64,000 nt of DNA from the human T2T-CHM13v2.0 reference genome, Homo sapiens. The stretch's first letter is position 1. The number at the start of each line of letters is the position of its first letter. The position numbers were made by a program, and so were the translations under genes. The stretch is taken from the NCBI RefSeq assembly GCF_009914755.1, contig NC_060927.1; one strand, 5' to 3'. Under the pieces are notes generated by a model that saw only the letters and a list, made by a program, of their open reading frames with translations, ran no database searches and was not told the DNA's origin. This document shows, in pieces, positions 63,775 to 64,000 of the stretch.

Positions 63775-63900
63775 CATTCATTTATTTATTCATCAAATAT
63801 TTATCGAATGCTTGCTTGGTGTCAGATACTGTGCTAGGCACTAGAAATACAAGGGTGAATGAAATATGGTCTTTGTGTTTTAGAAGTTCCCTTTAGTGCC
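63775..63900 (-). mobile_element. L2 3' end relic
   Basis: cattcatttatttattcatcaaatatttatcgaatgct...tgtcagatactgtgctaggcactag. Confidence 0.75.
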
Positions 63901-64000
63901 CGAGAACTTGCTATGACACTGTGCAGTTCTTGGGGCCCTCCATAATTGGGGTCTAGACTTGTTGAAAACCCCTATCTCCCTGATTCTCTTCCTTTTCCTG

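Overview
This is primate (most likely human) genomic DNA, intronic or intergenic, and dominated by retroelements. I could not identify any host protein-coding exon; most ORFs in the track are Alu, L1 or ERV-derived or chance. Main contents: about 9 Alus, a full-length L1PB1-type element (17980-24384, minus), and a near full-length L1PA4-type element (42317-48290, minus). A two-LTR HERV-H/LTR7 provirus (48792-54090, minus) sits about 500 bp upstream of that L1 in the same orientation. Also present are solo MaLR/ERVL LTRs, a Tigger3a, MIR/L2/CR1 relics, a twin-primed inverted L1, a TSD-flanked retrocopy resembling the lncRNA OIP5-AS1/Cyrano (6878-7585), a young 4 x 95-97 bp VNTR and a complex template-switch duplication. 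The most notable arrangement is the HERV-H/L1 tandem. The 3' LTR has lost its poly(A) signal (AATAAA>AACAAA) but kept its TATA box and second SOX-type motif. The 5' LTR shows the reverse: poly(A) signal kept, SOX-type motif lost. Directly downstream is a sense L1 whose ORF1 start is deleted but whose endonuclease-containing ORF2 N-terminus (387 aa) is still open. Subfamily names and consensus comparisons come from memory, not from a database search.
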